Source: a virus | Lineage: Duplodnaviria > Caudoviricetes | Virus record (IMG/VR): IMGVR_UViG_3300038974_000542 | Location: 20,004-84,003 of that record | DNA: 64,000 nucleotides | Direction: 5' to 3' (one strand) | Shown: positions 32,901 through 41,713 of the stretch, piece after piece | How positions within the stretch are numbered: position 1 is the first letter of the stretch | How the letters are laid out: the number at the start of each line of letters is the position of its first letter | Program-made: the position numbers and the translations under genes | Notes under the pieces: generated by a model | Databases searched by the model: none | What the model was told of the DNA's origin: nothing | The model's input: only the letters and a program-made list of their open reading frames with translations

Positions 32901-34886
32901 TCTATAAAATTTTTAGGTTTTAATATCAAATCAGGTATAAAAAATAGAATTGAGGGTGCTGTAATGAATTCTATTATAGATGCTGAAGGAACTAAATGGA
33001 CAAGAGGTAATAACAGAAATTCTACAAGAATACTTTCTTTAGCAAATATTTTTAGATTATCTAATGGTAAACTTGATAATATTGCAAGAAAAAAAGCTCT
33101 GCAATTAAAGACTATAGATCAACTTGTTCAAAGACTTGGAGTACTTCAGGATAGAAAAGATTTTAGAGACAAGAAAAATCAAGTTTCTGCCTATGATAAA
33201 TATAAGGATTTTTTAGATGTATATAATTTTGCAATAGGTATGCCAGAGTACAGAAATCAGGTTGAAATTGTTCTCAATATACTTCAAGATCAAAAAATTA
33301 CTAATTATAAAGGAGAAACTGTAAGTTTTGTAAATGGTACAGGTATTGTAAAAGATTCTGAAGGAAGAGTAATTGAAACAGGACAATATATGTCTGCATA
33401 TATCCCTGGAACTCTCACACTTAAAGATGAATATAAATATACAGCTGAGGCTTTTAATGAGGATGGTACTTTAAAAGATAATATAAATTTGAATGACTAT
33501 ATTAATATGGATAATATTGGATATGAGACATTTCAAGTTTTTGATGCTATTGGTGGTAAAACCGAAGGTAGTAATGCTATACATCTTATAAATGAAAAAA
33601 TTCAGGATACTATTAATAAGACCCAGGGTAACTTTTCAAGTATGGATAGTATTCTTGTTATGAGGAGTACTTTGGGAAGATTTGCTATGTTTTTTAAAAG
33701 ATATTTACCTGAACTTGTAAACCAAAGATTTGGAACTTTTGGAAATGATATTATTCAAGGAAAATATAAATCCGAAGGTAGATATAGAGTACTCTTCAGA
33801 AATCCTGGTGCTTTAGGTGTATTTGCTTCTACAGTTGCTACTGTATTTTTCGGACCACTTATAGGTGGAGGATTTCTAGCTACAGCATTTCTTCCTTACT
33901 TATTCCACAGTGTTTCAAATAGATGGTTTAATCGTGAGATTAATGTAAGTTTAGCAGATAATCTTGAAGAATCTGTGGGGATGTTGAAAGAAATTTTAAT
34001 AAGAACTATGGATTTCCCTTTGGGAATAGTACATTCTAAGTGGAGATTCAGAGATATAAAATCTCTTGGAGATAATCAGTTTTTTGAAAAACTCAAAGAT
34101 AAAGAAGTACTTACAGAAGATGAGGCTGGAGCTTTAATAGCTTGTGCTGAGGAGATAGCTATAACTATAGGAAGTATGTTATTTATAATGTTGGCTAAGA
34201 ATGCCTTTGGTGGTGGAGATGATGATGATGAAGATAAAAAGCAACTTAGAAATTTTATTGACAATTATGGAAACCAGATTATGAGTAACTTAACACAATT
34301 CTATGATCCAGTAGGTTTTGTTAAAGACAACTTTTCAAGACTTGTATTATTTTCTACATTAGAGGATACTGAAAAATTTCTAACTGCTTTTAGAAAGTAT
34401 ATTGACTATGATGAAGGTACTCTAAGGGAAGTCACTATGAAGGGTCTCAAGGCACAACCTCTTGTACCTATAATTAATTTCGCAGCTAAACCTATTGAGG
34501 TTGGAGATATTTCAGGTATTTGGAAAGACGAAAAAGAATATGATTCTGGACAGTGGTTTGATAAGGTTGTAAAATCTAAAGAGGCAATTTCGAAGGAAAA
34601 ACTCACTAACAGAAGAGAATCTTTGAAGAAAAAATATATTGATTTACTTTCTGATAGATATAGGGAAGAATTAGGTTTTAGTAAATCTGAGGCAGATGTA
34701 GTAGCAGAAAAGACAGCTAGGAAGATGATGAATAATCCTGAAATTTCAAGGCAATATAGAGAAGGTGAAACCTTTGAGGATGCCTTAGAAAGAATAGATT
34801 TCAAAGAGGCTACTAAATTAGCTGAGGAAGCTGTAGCTGAAGTTGAGTTAGAAGAACCAGAAGAGGAAGAAGAAACTACAGAATAA
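29907..34886 (+). CDS. Large virion cargo/ejection protein with predicted transmembrane segments
   Basis: 1659 aa; follows vRNAP; hydrophobic segments GALGVFASTVATVFFGPLIGGGFLATAFLPYLF and IAITIGSMLFIMLA; acidic tail. Confidence 0.6.
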   Translation: MACNVVELATVNFLEKEGYIRWHEVDGYPGEYRIPKNKVEKTRKAIKELTIAARKYGVTNPSQMFHIVEKPYNLTPGTSERVDNMIAKGITSYYVLEEDIPFVTEFQEKFDRFQEERKVVQSKIDFDAPLKDKIKIMFSNNPEFFDIGSQEDYLEYLKATNKGDVVNENDFEDFQKFVENRNREIQSEEDFRRYTMNAPGSYTNTRTGETVDTTNLAANSAYVNSKRQLLENLKTHLEDYYKLNKGKEHTELYKKRVKELNEVINEVSDELSLLTATDAKTIFRSVINEIEILSEILDNPDTFNAENFELIQRLNILSNLILGQNIDGTSIIGDRIMFNGEGIEGFNDYVVEPMTKLKLKYDDYLYNVAENAFLNNPIFIENRDKFTDEQIQEMLKSIREKGNDINFFQAYFLGVNSNADSILFKTVNDLLQTNVRKVEQSIGKKERALSEVQERLRKKKFDIDKFYAKDENGIKTGRLISKYTAKWFRSINVLQNLKKEFDSAHNQLKPQKYKEIVSWYDNNVSFIDIRKLKVFKDRYSEGYGKYFKFSDEEMTQYEKWLREELGKGYDEAIEAQMENIERFISYSLSESDKNTIWTQKNISAASPFKFLENYDSKNKRNAIPTVVGSQTTSVFNIGKYNHFIPKRYIVDKTTEDLIDNEYYDKIFEKDIESDPDAYEAQRLLQDLLSNHINPAYSLNGNVISSLQIPMLRKEFSETWAESKRKGILSLIKAMVHNVINNWKDIWFDQTYSSDRKGVVANYSNAALREINNYKRVLQLKSLEDLLKKADELGLHFKSNETKDRIIDGIARAEVLPEFSNDIFQNVLTVSSYATLHRARQDTSFIAELLYKVHIKPNLDGKVRELSSKKFRAWIDTNVYGKRNEKSQENNVITKANLKRLSDADKKLKKVLQEINADNLGEDVVFYLDGIRYTSRLDDNNNREFVAIKENESEEGSEYKIISSEEFEEKLDTYLKNQIDNLGISMTFSSLVSGVLHNLSIKFLGFNIKSGIKNRIEGAVMNSIIDAEGTKWTRGNNRNSTRILSLANIFRLSNGKLDNIARKKALQLKTIDQLVQRLGVLQDRKDFRDKKNQVSAYDKYKDFLDVYNFAIGMPEYRNQVEIVLNILQDQKITNYKGETVSFVNGTGIVKDSEGRVIETGQYMSAYIPGTLTLKDEYKYTAEAFNEDGTLKDNINLNDYINMDNIGYETFQVFDAIGGKTEGSNAIHLINEKIQDTINKTQGNFSSMDSILVMRSTLGRFAMFFKRYLPELVNQRFGTFGNDIIQGKYKSEGRYRVLFRNPGALGVFASTVATVFFGPLIGGGFLATAFLPYLFHSVSNRWFNREINVSLADNLEESVGMLKEILIRTMDFPLGIVHSKWRFRDIKSLGDNQFFEKLKDKEVLTEDEAGALIACAEEIAITIGSMLFIMLAKNAFGGGDDDDEDKKQLRNFIDNYGNQIMSNLTQFYDPVGFVKDNFSRLVLFSTLEDTEKFLTAFRKYIDYDEGTLREVTMKGLKAQPLVPIINFAAKPIEVGDISGIWKDEKEYDSGQWFDKVVKSKEAISKEKLTNRRESLKKKYIDLLSDRYREELGFSKSEADVVAEKTARKMMNNPEISRQYREGETFEDALERIDFKEATKLAEEAVAEVELEEPEEEEETTE

Positions 34887-34925
34887 AAAAAATAAAGTGG
34901 GGTGTAAAACCCCACTTTTATTATT
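34887..34925. terminator. Bidirectional intrinsic terminator between the convergent modules
   Basis: Perfect 9-bp stem AAAGTGGGG/CCCCACTTT with a 7-nt loop, flanked by A- and T-rich runs at the strand switch. Confidence 0.85.
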
Positions 34926-34998
34926 CTACCTTTATCAAGAAATCAATTCTCCAAAACCTTCAGCATATGCAAATGCTATCTTTGTGTTCCACTCTATT

Positions 34999-35712
34999 TT
35001 ACCATTCTATTATATTATAGTTAATCCCTAAACCTACATATGGACCATAATCAAGTTTTCTACTATTTAATCCATAGTTTATACCAAAACCTAAATCAAT
35101 TCCAATACCACATTTCTTCTGTTTTGGAACAGCTACATTAAAAACTCTTATATCCTTAGTGGTAGAATAGGGATTTAGATTAGTTATTTCAGCATAGTAA
35201 CCCTGCTTTGAGTCTTTTATAGCTATAGTAAATTCATCTCTGGATTTCATTGTAAAGTAACTTTTCCCATATTGAAAACCATATCTTGCATTAATCCAGC
35301 TATTGTTTATACTATCCAGAAGAATTGATTCTGAGAAAACTATGGTATCCCCACCTATAGGATAATAGTCTCTAATTGTATCTATATATGTAATTTGATT
35401 AGCAATATATAAAGCAGTTTTCAAATCTTTTATTTGTTTACCCTGAGAATTAATAAAGTTTTGAAGCTTTAAATTTCCATCTTTAAGATTTTGTATTTCT
35501 AGAAAATCTTTAGCTTTGTCCATTTGCATTACAAAAATTCGAGATACATTAAGACTATCTTTATTCCTATAGGTTTTAAGGGAATCTGTAATAGAATTAT
35601 ATAAACTTACTTGTTCTTCATAATTTTCCTTATAACTATTCCCTCTTCTAATAAAGAAAATAATAAGAAAGAAAGCAAACAAAGAAATAAAATACCAATA
35701 CTCTTTTTTCAT
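34999..35712 (-). CDS. Membrane-anchored spanin-like (Rz-like) protein
   Basis: N-terminal TM helix, coiled-coil, and C-terminal Gly/aromatic beta-strands ending YNIIEW. Confidence 0.45.
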   Translation of the reverse strand: MKKEYWYFISLFAFFLIIFFIRRGNSYKENYEEQVSLYNSITDSLKTYRNKDSLNVSRIFVMQMDKAKDFLEIQNLKDGNLKLQNFINSQGKQIKDLKTALYIANQITYIDTIRDYYPIGGDTIVFSESILLDSINNSWINARYGFQYGKSYFTMKSRDEFTIAIKDSKQGYYAEITNLNPYSTTKDIRVFNVAVPKQKKCGIGIDLGFGINYGLNSRKLDYGPYVGLGINYNIIEW

Positions 35713-36032
35713 TTTGATCTAAGTGTTTTGGGGGAGGCTTCTTTTAAGGCTACCCAAATAGCCTTTCTTACTTTATGACTTGGGACATTCTTTAGTACTT
35801 TTTCAAGAGAACGTTTTCTTCCAATATTCTTATTGAAATTATCTAATGGAAAACAATAAGATTTCTCAGAAACCATTACTCCAGTATTTTCATTTACAAG
35901 AATACATTCAGTGAAACTTGTTGATTCTGGAAGTGCAGTTTTATTCTTCTTACTCTGAAGATAATTATTTCTATCTACAGAGTTATTATTTACATGTCTC
36001 CAGTAAATTCTTAAATTGTTAATCTTAATCAT
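35709..36032 (-). CDS. Small protein resembling the N4 gp49/Sf6 gp66 family
   Basis: TECILV...G..V...SYCFPLDNFNKNIGRK resembles the family pattern T.C.L..G..V.G.S.C..P.NF...IGRK. Confidence 0.4.
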   Translation of the reverse strand: MIKINNLRIYWRHVNNNSVDRNNYLQSKKNKTALPESTSFTECILVNENTGVMVSEKSYCFPLDNFNKNIGRKRSLEKVLKNVPSHKVRKAIWVALKEASPKTLRSK

Positions 36033-36718
36033 AGTGAAAATTCTTTTTCTACAAAAATATGAAAATCTTTGTGTTGTTGTATGTAATTTAAAGGATGAGC
36101 TTGTTTTAGAGAAAAAGTAACATGGTTATATAAAGACCATAAATTTTCATCTCTAAACTGTTCAAACTGAGGTTCTTCAAATTCTTTTTTAATAATGTTA
36201 AGTTGAGTTGAAGTGACTAAGTTTTCTTGGAAATACATTCTTCCAAGTAGTTTTGCCATCTCTTCTTTTGGGAGCTCAATCCTCTTCATTTCTTCAGAAT
36301 GCTGTATCATCCTTTGGAAGTGCTCATCCAAGTGATTTATTGCTGTAACAACTTTCTCGTGAAGCTCTTGATTTACTGAACCAGTATGTTTTCTAAGAAA
36401 ATATTCCTCCCCTGAAATCATACCATTACTGCAAATCCACACTGAAGCTCCACTCACAAATGCTACACTCATAGATTTATCATAGCTATTTCTAAAAGCT
36501 AATCTCATACCTAAATCAGAGTTATCTGGATGTCTTATATCCATATAACCAATAACCTGAGTACCCTGTCTATTTGTATTATACTTTTCATTTACAGGTA
36601 CTAAATTGTGTCTATCAAGTTCCTCTTGAACAACCTCAATAATAGCTCTATGTGGAACTGCTGAATAAGTATCAGTTGAGGGAGGAACTTGTACACATAG
36701 TAATTCTTCTCTATTCAT
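36029..36718 (-). CDS. DUF932/DUF945-family protein
   Basis: Motifs YSAVPH, FRNSYDKS, VWICSNGM, RKHTG. Confidence 0.7.
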   Translation of the reverse strand: MNREELLCVQVPPSTDTYSAVPHRAIIEVVQEELDRHNLVPVNEKYNTNRQGTQVIGYMDIRHPDNSDLGMRLAFRNSYDKSMSVAFVSGASVWICSNGMISGEEYFLRKHTGSVNQELHEKVVTAINHLDEHFQRMIQHSEEMKRIELPKEEMAKLLGRMYFQENLVTSTQLNIIKKEFEEPQFEQFRDENLWSLYNHVTFSLKQAHPLNYIQQHKDFHIFVEKEFSL

Positions 36719-37044
36719 TTTCTTTTCTTTTTTAATAAATTGTTTTTTTCAAGAGCTTTTATTCTTTTTAAAGTAATCTCATCTTTAAAAACAGAAGCAA
36801 GAGTATCTATAGTAGAAACTCCTCTATAGTACTCACTTCTGTTCTTTCTAAAAATAAACTTTGTTACATTTTCAGGAGATATCATAGGAAATCTTTTACT
36901 ACAAGAATAATAAAAGAGGTCCTTATAACTAGATACTATCCCATCAACCCTTTTCTTATGGAAACTATCCTTATCCAGGAAAAATAAATCACAGAACTTC
37001 TCAAAATGTTCCTCTAATTCTTCTATATAATTCATCATCAACAA
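36715..37044 (-). CDS. Hypothetical protein, possibly a DnaA C-terminal-like HTH
   Basis: Gene-sized, overlaps neighbours in the operon; weak resemblance to DnaA domain IV. Confidence 0.35.
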   Translation of the reverse strand: MLMMNYIEELEEHFEKFCDLFFLDKDSFHKKRVDGIVSSYKDLFYYSCSKRFPMISPENVTKFIFRKNRSEYYRGVSTIDTLASVFKDEITLKRIKALEKNNLLKKKRK

Positions 37045-37393
37045 AAATTTTTATTTTATTATTTTCTATCATAAAAAAAGATATTGCCTTATTTTTTGAT
37101 AAAGCATATTTTATCTCTGCTTGAACACCATTAGATTCCTTCGTTGTATGCCAGCCTTCTTTGGGAACTAATACCCAAACTTCATCAGCCCAATCAATAA
37201 ATTGAAAATCCACTTTCTTCCAAAAATTCCAGTTAGTAGGAAGATTATATTCTCTTGTAATAATATGACAATGACTAATAGGACTAAAAACATTATACCC
37301 CTCATTAAGAAGTACTGCAGCTGCTTCATTAGCCTGTTTAAAAGAACTTTCTGTCATACCTGTATAAGGAATAGCCAAATATATCTTCTTCAT
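37001..37393 (-). CDS. DUF1937 / nucleoside 2-deoxyribosyltransferase-like protein
   Basis: Motifs KIYLAIPYT, VFSPISH, DWADEVWVL, SNGVQAEI. Confidence 0.7.
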   Translation of the reverse strand: MKKIYLAIPYTGMTESSFKQANEAAAVLLNEGYNVFSPISHCHIITREYNLPTNWNFWKKVDFQFIDWADEVWVLVPKEGWHTTKESNGVQAEIKYALSKNKAISFFMIENNKIKIFVDDELYRRIRGTF

Positions 37394-37554
37394 ACTTTAT
37401 TCTTAATTTGATAAATACAAATGCTCTTTACTGGTTTAAACTTTGAATACCACATATATTTATTATTACCTTTATCAATAAATCTTAAACAACTCTTCTT
37501 TAAATGGCAGGTAGTATTTTCACACCTTGTACAATCATTAGACAAATCATTCAT
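37390..37554 (-). CDS. Small Cys-rich protein (54 aa, below ORF-track cutoff)
   Basis: Hand translation MNDLSNDCTRCENTTCHLKKSCLRFIDKGNNKYMWYSKFKPVKSICIYQIKNKV; fills the gap exactly with ATGA-type overlaps at both ends. Confidence 0.6.
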   Translation of the reverse strand: MNDLSNDCTRCENTTCHLKKSCLRFIDKGNNKYMWYSKFKPVKSICIYQIKNKV

Positions 37555-37781
37555 ACCATTAAAACATATTTAATATCAACTTTGTATGAAGCAAAATCAT
37601 CAGGATCTTCTGAGAAGAAAACCATCTCAGCTCCCATATCTTCATAGGCCTTTTTAACTGCGAGATCTTCTACTTTTTTAAAAGAAAGGTCTTCTCCTTT
37701 TTCTCTTAGCTCTTCTTCTAAAGAGCTTGAAGTATACTCATATACTCTACTTAGAGTTACTCTTAGTATCTTGTCCATCAT
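37551..37781 (-). CDS. Hypothetical protein
   Basis: Co-oriented ORF tiling the operon. Confidence 0.55.
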   Translation of the reverse strand: MMDKILRVTLSRVYEYTSSSLEEELREKGEDLSFKKVEDLAVKKAYEDMGAEMVFFSEDPDDFASYKVDIKYVLMV

Positions 37782-38568
37782 ATAAAAATTCTTTAACTTT
37801 TTCTAATAAAGATAGGATATCAGAGTCATTATTAATAATATAATCAAAATATTGATAATTATCTAAAGCTATTTCTGAAGGATGAATATCATTATCCTCA
37901 AATCCAGACCTATTAACTCTAATTACAATTCCACCTCTTTTCTTTATTGCTTTAACTTCATTAGGAAATCTTACATCTGGTATAATATAATTAGGTTGTC
38001 TTATACCATAAGAACCATCAGTTTTAGAGTTTAATTGTTTTATTAATTCATCAGAAGGATAATTAACAAATAAAGCATTAACCCAAATATTAGGATGTAT
38101 AATATTTCTTCCACAATCAGTACCAAGAAGTTGAAGCAACAATCTGGGAGTAAGTTTTACTAGTTCATGCCCAAAGAAATTTTCAGGAGATTCATGAAGC
38201 TGTTTATAAACATCTAATTCTCCAGTAAAAGGAACTAATTCATAGTCATGATAGTAATATTTAGTATCTAGATAAACTTTCCAACACCACCATTCTTCAG
38301 GTAATTCTTTCTCCTTAAAATCTCTATCTTCAAGTTGCTCTCTTGTACAACCTAAAAGAATACAGACTATATCTTTAAGTTTATCTGCAAATCTTTTAAT
38401 ACAAAAAGAAGAATCAGTAACACTTTGTTTGTTTTCTTTTAAATATTGAAGAAATTCCATCTTTGGATAATAAGAAGAAGTAAGATACTGTATCATATTA
38501 GCTACCAGGTCTTTACCCGAATTCTTATGTCCTGAAATGCCAATAAGATTATATTTAATCCCCTCCAT
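37747..38568 (-). CDS. Deoxynucleoside monophosphate kinase (T4 gp1-like)
   Basis: P-loop GISGHKNSGKD, FADKLK, PRLLLQLLGTD, DVRFPNE, HPSE. Confidence 0.85.
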   Translation of the reverse strand: MEGIKYNLIGISGHKNSGKDLVANMIQYLTSSYYPKMEFLQYLKENKQSVTDSSFCIKRFADKLKDIVCILLGCTREQLEDRDFKEKELPEEWWCWKVYLDTKYYYHDYELVPFTGELDVYKQLHESPENFFGHELVKLTPRLLLQLLGTDCGRNIIHPNIWVNALFVNYPSDELIKQLNSKTDGSYGIRQPNYIIPDVRFPNEVKAIKKRGGIVIRVNRSGFEDNDIHPSEIALDNYQYFDYIINNDSDILSLLEKVKEFLYDGQDTKSNSK

Positions 38569-38812
38569 TTTTGTATATTATTTTAGAGTCTTCATATACT
38601 TCAATAGTAGAATAACCATCATTCTCTTCCACAGATAAATGACTCTCTGTATCAAACATAGTTTCTTCTTCTTTAAAGCCTAAATTTTCATCAAAGATAC
38701 TATATATGTCTCCTTGTTTAATAAGATCAATTATTTCCTGCATATTTGCCTCATCTGAAAAATAAGCTCTATTCCAGACTTTTACCTTTATATCTACAAA
38801 ATTTTTCAACAT
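38555..38812 (-). CDS. Hypothetical protein
   Basis: Co-oriented ORF with AT-rich leader. Confidence 0.55.
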   Translation of the reverse strand: MLKNFVDIKVKVWNRAYFSDEANMQEIIDLIKQGDIYSIFDENLGFKEEETMFDTESHLSVEENDGYSTIEVYEDSKIIYKNGGD

Positions 38813-38891
38813 AATACTTAATATTTAATGTTTAAAAAAAGAAGGTTTTTCAGTATTATGGGTAACCTACAACCATTAGTGATTTACAATA

Positions 38892-39476
38892 CTAACTATT
38901 AAAAATCTCTTCCTTTAAATTCATAGTATAAGGAAGTTCCAACTCTGAGTCTTCAAGATCTCTATCACTAAGATTTTTTAAATCAAAGATCTTCCTCAAC
39001 TTATTAGTAAAATCAGGTAGTAGTAGTTTATTCTTAGTTAATACTTTGTACTCTTTACTGTCTTCTTTAAAGAGTTTCAAAATCTCTTCTTTTGTAAACA
39101 TTTCAGAGTATTTGCCTTCTAAAAATTTATCATAAGCATTTTTATATTTCTTAGGAAAATCAAGAATTATCATATGTCCTCTTCCTTCCATATCAGCTAT
39201 ATAATCATAGATATAATAGTCCTGATATCTTATCCAATATATAAAATCCTCTGATTTTCTCTTATTAGCAAAGGTATCTATAAGAATGAATATTGGTGAC
39301 TTATTTCCTATAATAAAATTAGGATTTTCTTCAATAACTTTATCACCAATACCATAAGCTAATACAAACATTTCTTTAAATTTCACTTCAAAAATTCTGC
39401 TATAACCTTCTTTTAAACAAGGAGAAAGGTATTCTGAAGTTTTATTCTCATATTGTTCTCTATACTTAATAACCAT
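38892..39476 (-). CDS. Hypothetical protein
   Basis: 194-aa co-oriented ORF overlapping the upstream nuclease stop. Confidence 0.6.
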   Translation of the reverse strand: MVIKYREQYENKTSEYLSPCLKEGYSRIFEVKFKEMFVLAYGIGDKVIEENPNFIIGNKSPIFILIDTFANKRKSEDFIYWIRYQDYYIYDYIADMEGRGHMIILDFPKKYKNAYDKFLEGKYSEMFTKEEILKLFKEDSKEYKVLTKNKLLLPDFTNKLRKIFDLKNLSDRDLEDSELELPYTMNLKEEIFNS

Positions 39477-40533
39477 GAATCTTATCCCAATCTAGTACTA
39501 AAACTCCATTACTATCATAGATTAGCTTTTCTTTTTGCCAACCTTGCTTTTGATAATAACTATAAAGCTCAAGTAATTGTCGGTATCCTAAGATTTCTTG
39601 TCTTACTACTCTACCATCTATTACAATTTCAGGTAATCCATTTCTACCAATCTCTAAAAATTCATCTGAAGACTCTAATAACAATGGTGTCCCTGTCTCT
39701 GTATAAGATTCTACTACAAATTTGAAATTTCTAATAGTATTCTCATTAACTTCAAAAGGTAGACTATTAGAGAGTAAAAGTCCATCAGTATAGTAAGAAC
39801 CTTGGATGTCATATCTTCTTAATCTGGCATTATTATGAAAGTTAAGAACTTTATCCATAATAATTTTCAAATCAATAGGAATAACATCTTTCACAATTCC
39901 ATCTTCTTTCCTTACTATAACTATATCTAATAAACCTTTACAATCTATACCTTGATAACTCCAATATATAGGAAGCTGATAATAAATATCCCAATTTAGA
40001 TTATTTGCATATTTCTCTCTTGCAAAGAAACTTTCTGTAGTCATATTTGTTCTAAGAGAGTCTACAATAGAAGTAATAATAGACAATTGTTCTTCTGAGA
40101 TGACAACTTTATCAAGACTCTTCTGTAAAAACTCATAATAAGCAGCATTCTCTAAGACTTTATTAACTCTTGTAGCTATTTTCCAATTTGGTTGATAACT
40201 AAAAGCTTCAATAACTTCTTCAAGTATTTGTTGATTATCTTCCAGTGGAAGCTGCTTATCCTGACTTCTGTCTAACACCTCTTGTAGTATAGAACATAAT
40301 AAATCTGATGGTTTTGGACAACTTGAGATATAAAACAATTCCTCAAAATCTCCCTCCTCACCAGTAAGTATTGTATCTACTGCACTCCCAATAATCATTG
40401 GTTCTGTTATTTTTTCTTCCCTTTCACTAAGAAACTCTTTCATACCAGATAAAAGTTTCTTTAAGCTACTCTGATCGATAGCTGGGCTATCTCTATACTC
40501 CTGTATCTTCTGTCTGTTTGTTATGTATAGCAT
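39466..40533 (-). CDS. PD-(D/E)XK exonuclease (RecE/exonuclease VIII-like)
   Basis: Motifs QSSLKK, GSAVD, CKGLLD, DLK, YDIQGSYY. Confidence 0.7.
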   Translation of the reverse strand: MLYITNRQKIQEYRDSPAIDQSSLKKLLSGMKEFLSEREEKITEPMIIGSAVDTILTGEEGDFEELFYISSCPKPSDLLCSILQEVLDRSQDKQLPLEDNQQILEEVIEAFSYQPNWKIATRVNKVLENAAYYEFLQKSLDKVVISEEQLSIITSIVDSLRTNMTTESFFAREKYANNLNWDIYYQLPIYWSYQGIDCKGLLDIVIVRKEDGIVKDVIPIDLKIIMDKVLNFHNNARLRRYDIQGSYYTDGLLLSNSLPFEVNENTIRNFKFVVESYTETGTPLLLESSDEFLEIGRNGLPEIVIDGRVVRQEILGYRQLLELYSYYQKQGWQKEKLIYDSNGVLVLDWDKIHGY

Positions 40534-41047
40534 CTTTTAATAAGATTAGGTTTTTAAAATTTTCAAAAGTTATACTCACTATTGTACTATATTCACTATT
40601 ATACATTCCTTTCCTTTGTTTATAAGTTTCATATCTTAGATCTGGACTAACTTCTTTAAATCTAAGATGTTGCCTATGAGTCATATATACAATGTCCTCA
40701 TTTGTATTATTGCTAAAAGGATTTAATCTATGAATAAGTATAATGGGATATTTTCTAACTTCTGAATCTTCTGGGAATAAAGCTTTAATCTGATTTTCAA
40801 TATCAAATAAAACTTTACCAGGAGACATGTTTTTTTGAGTCCCAGCTTTTATCTGAATATTATAAGGAATATTCATTAAATCTATTCCTGCATTATCATA
40901 AATTCTACCACCTTGTCTTGAAGTTATACAATAATTATAACCTAAACTTCTAAAGAGTTTTGCATAAAACCTCTCAGCATGTGAACCTTTGTGTTTATTT
41001 TTTGCTCCTACACTTCTTACTTTTTTACTTTGTTGTTCATTACTCAT
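40493..41047 (-). CDS. Holliday-junction-resolvase-like PD-(D/E)XK nuclease
   Basis: Motifs KG..AER, GIDL, IQIKAG. Confidence 0.6.
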   Translation of the reverse strand: MSNEQQSKKVRSVGAKNKHKGSHAERFYAKLFRSLGYNYCITSRQGGRIYDNAGIDLMNIPYNIQIKAGTQKNMSPGKVLFDIENQIKALFPEDSEVRKYPIILIHRLNPFSNNTNEDIVYMTHRQHLRFKEVSPDLRYETYKQRKGMYNSEYSTIVSITFENFKNLILLKDAIHNKQTEDTGV

Positions 41048-41050
41048 ACT

Positions 41051-41713
41051 CTATAAAATAGTATTCTTAAAAAAGTCAATAAAAGATTTCTTATCTTCTA
41101 CTGTTTCCAAATTTAATGAACTTTCAAACTCATTTCCATACACCACTTTTTCAATACTTTCTGAACTCATAATGGATAACTCACAACCACTATCCAAATA
41201 ATCATCGAGAAAGGTTTCTTTGACCTTTTTATATACCTTCTTATAAGATTTTAATTCTGTAGAGATATATATTTTTTTATCTCTAATTGAGAGAGTATCA
41301 AAACTAACTCTCCCCAACTCTACTACTGTCTTCAGAAAAGCTTCAGAACTTATTGCTGTTAGAAATAGTATTTTACCCCTTTCATCTAAAATAGTTCCAA
41401 AAGCTGCATATATTGTTTTTTCAACTTTATCTTCCTTGAAACTTATTTTTCCAAAATAACGAAAACCTGTAAGAAAATTTACAAGTTGAGTAAAATACAC
41501 ATGATAACTAATATATAGACTATTATCTCTACTAAATAGACTTATCTTTGGATAGGCATACTTATAATCCTCTAAATAAATTGTATTATGAAGTAAAGCT
41601 AAAGGTATATATTTATTATAAGAAACAGTTGATAAACTATAGTTATCTACGGAAGTGAGACTACTACCAGGATCTCTGAAGAGTTTTTCTATAGGTTTCT
41701 CATATCTACTCAT
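41051..41713 (-). CDS. Hypothetical protein directly downstream of the E1/ThiF gene
   Basis: 220-aa ORF whose ATG overlaps the ThiF exon 2 stop. Confidence 0.6.
   Translation of the reverse strand: MSRYEKPIEKLFRDPGSSLTSVDNYSLSTVSYNKYIPLALLHNTIYLEDYKYAYPKISLFSRDNSLYISYHVYFTQLVNFLTGFRYFGKISFKEDKVEKTIYAAFGTILDERGKILFLTAISSEAFLKTVVELGRVSFDTLSIRDKKIYISTELKSYKKVYKKVKETFLDDYLDSGCELSIMSSESIEKVVYGNEFESSLNLETVEDKKSFIDFFKNTIL

Noticed and set aside
14845-34886. Stop-codon recoding (TAG/TGA), as in some crAss-like phages
   Set aside because: Very long ORFs are intact in the standard code, and both TAG and TGA end genes in this window.
34840-34886. Glu-rich low-complexity tail
   Set aside because: Ordinary acidic C-terminus, not a DNA repeat element.
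34406-34915. Antisense 169-aa ORF and other short shadow ORFs inside large genes (e.g. 18282..18638, 26373..26690, 28788..29153)
   Set aside because: Ser/Leu/Phe-rich reverse-frame by-products of Glu/Lys-rich genes, with no motifs.
38845-38891. Small stem-loop AGTATT...AATACT between genes
   Set aside because: Short AT-rich arms; cannot be told apart from a weak terminator or chance.
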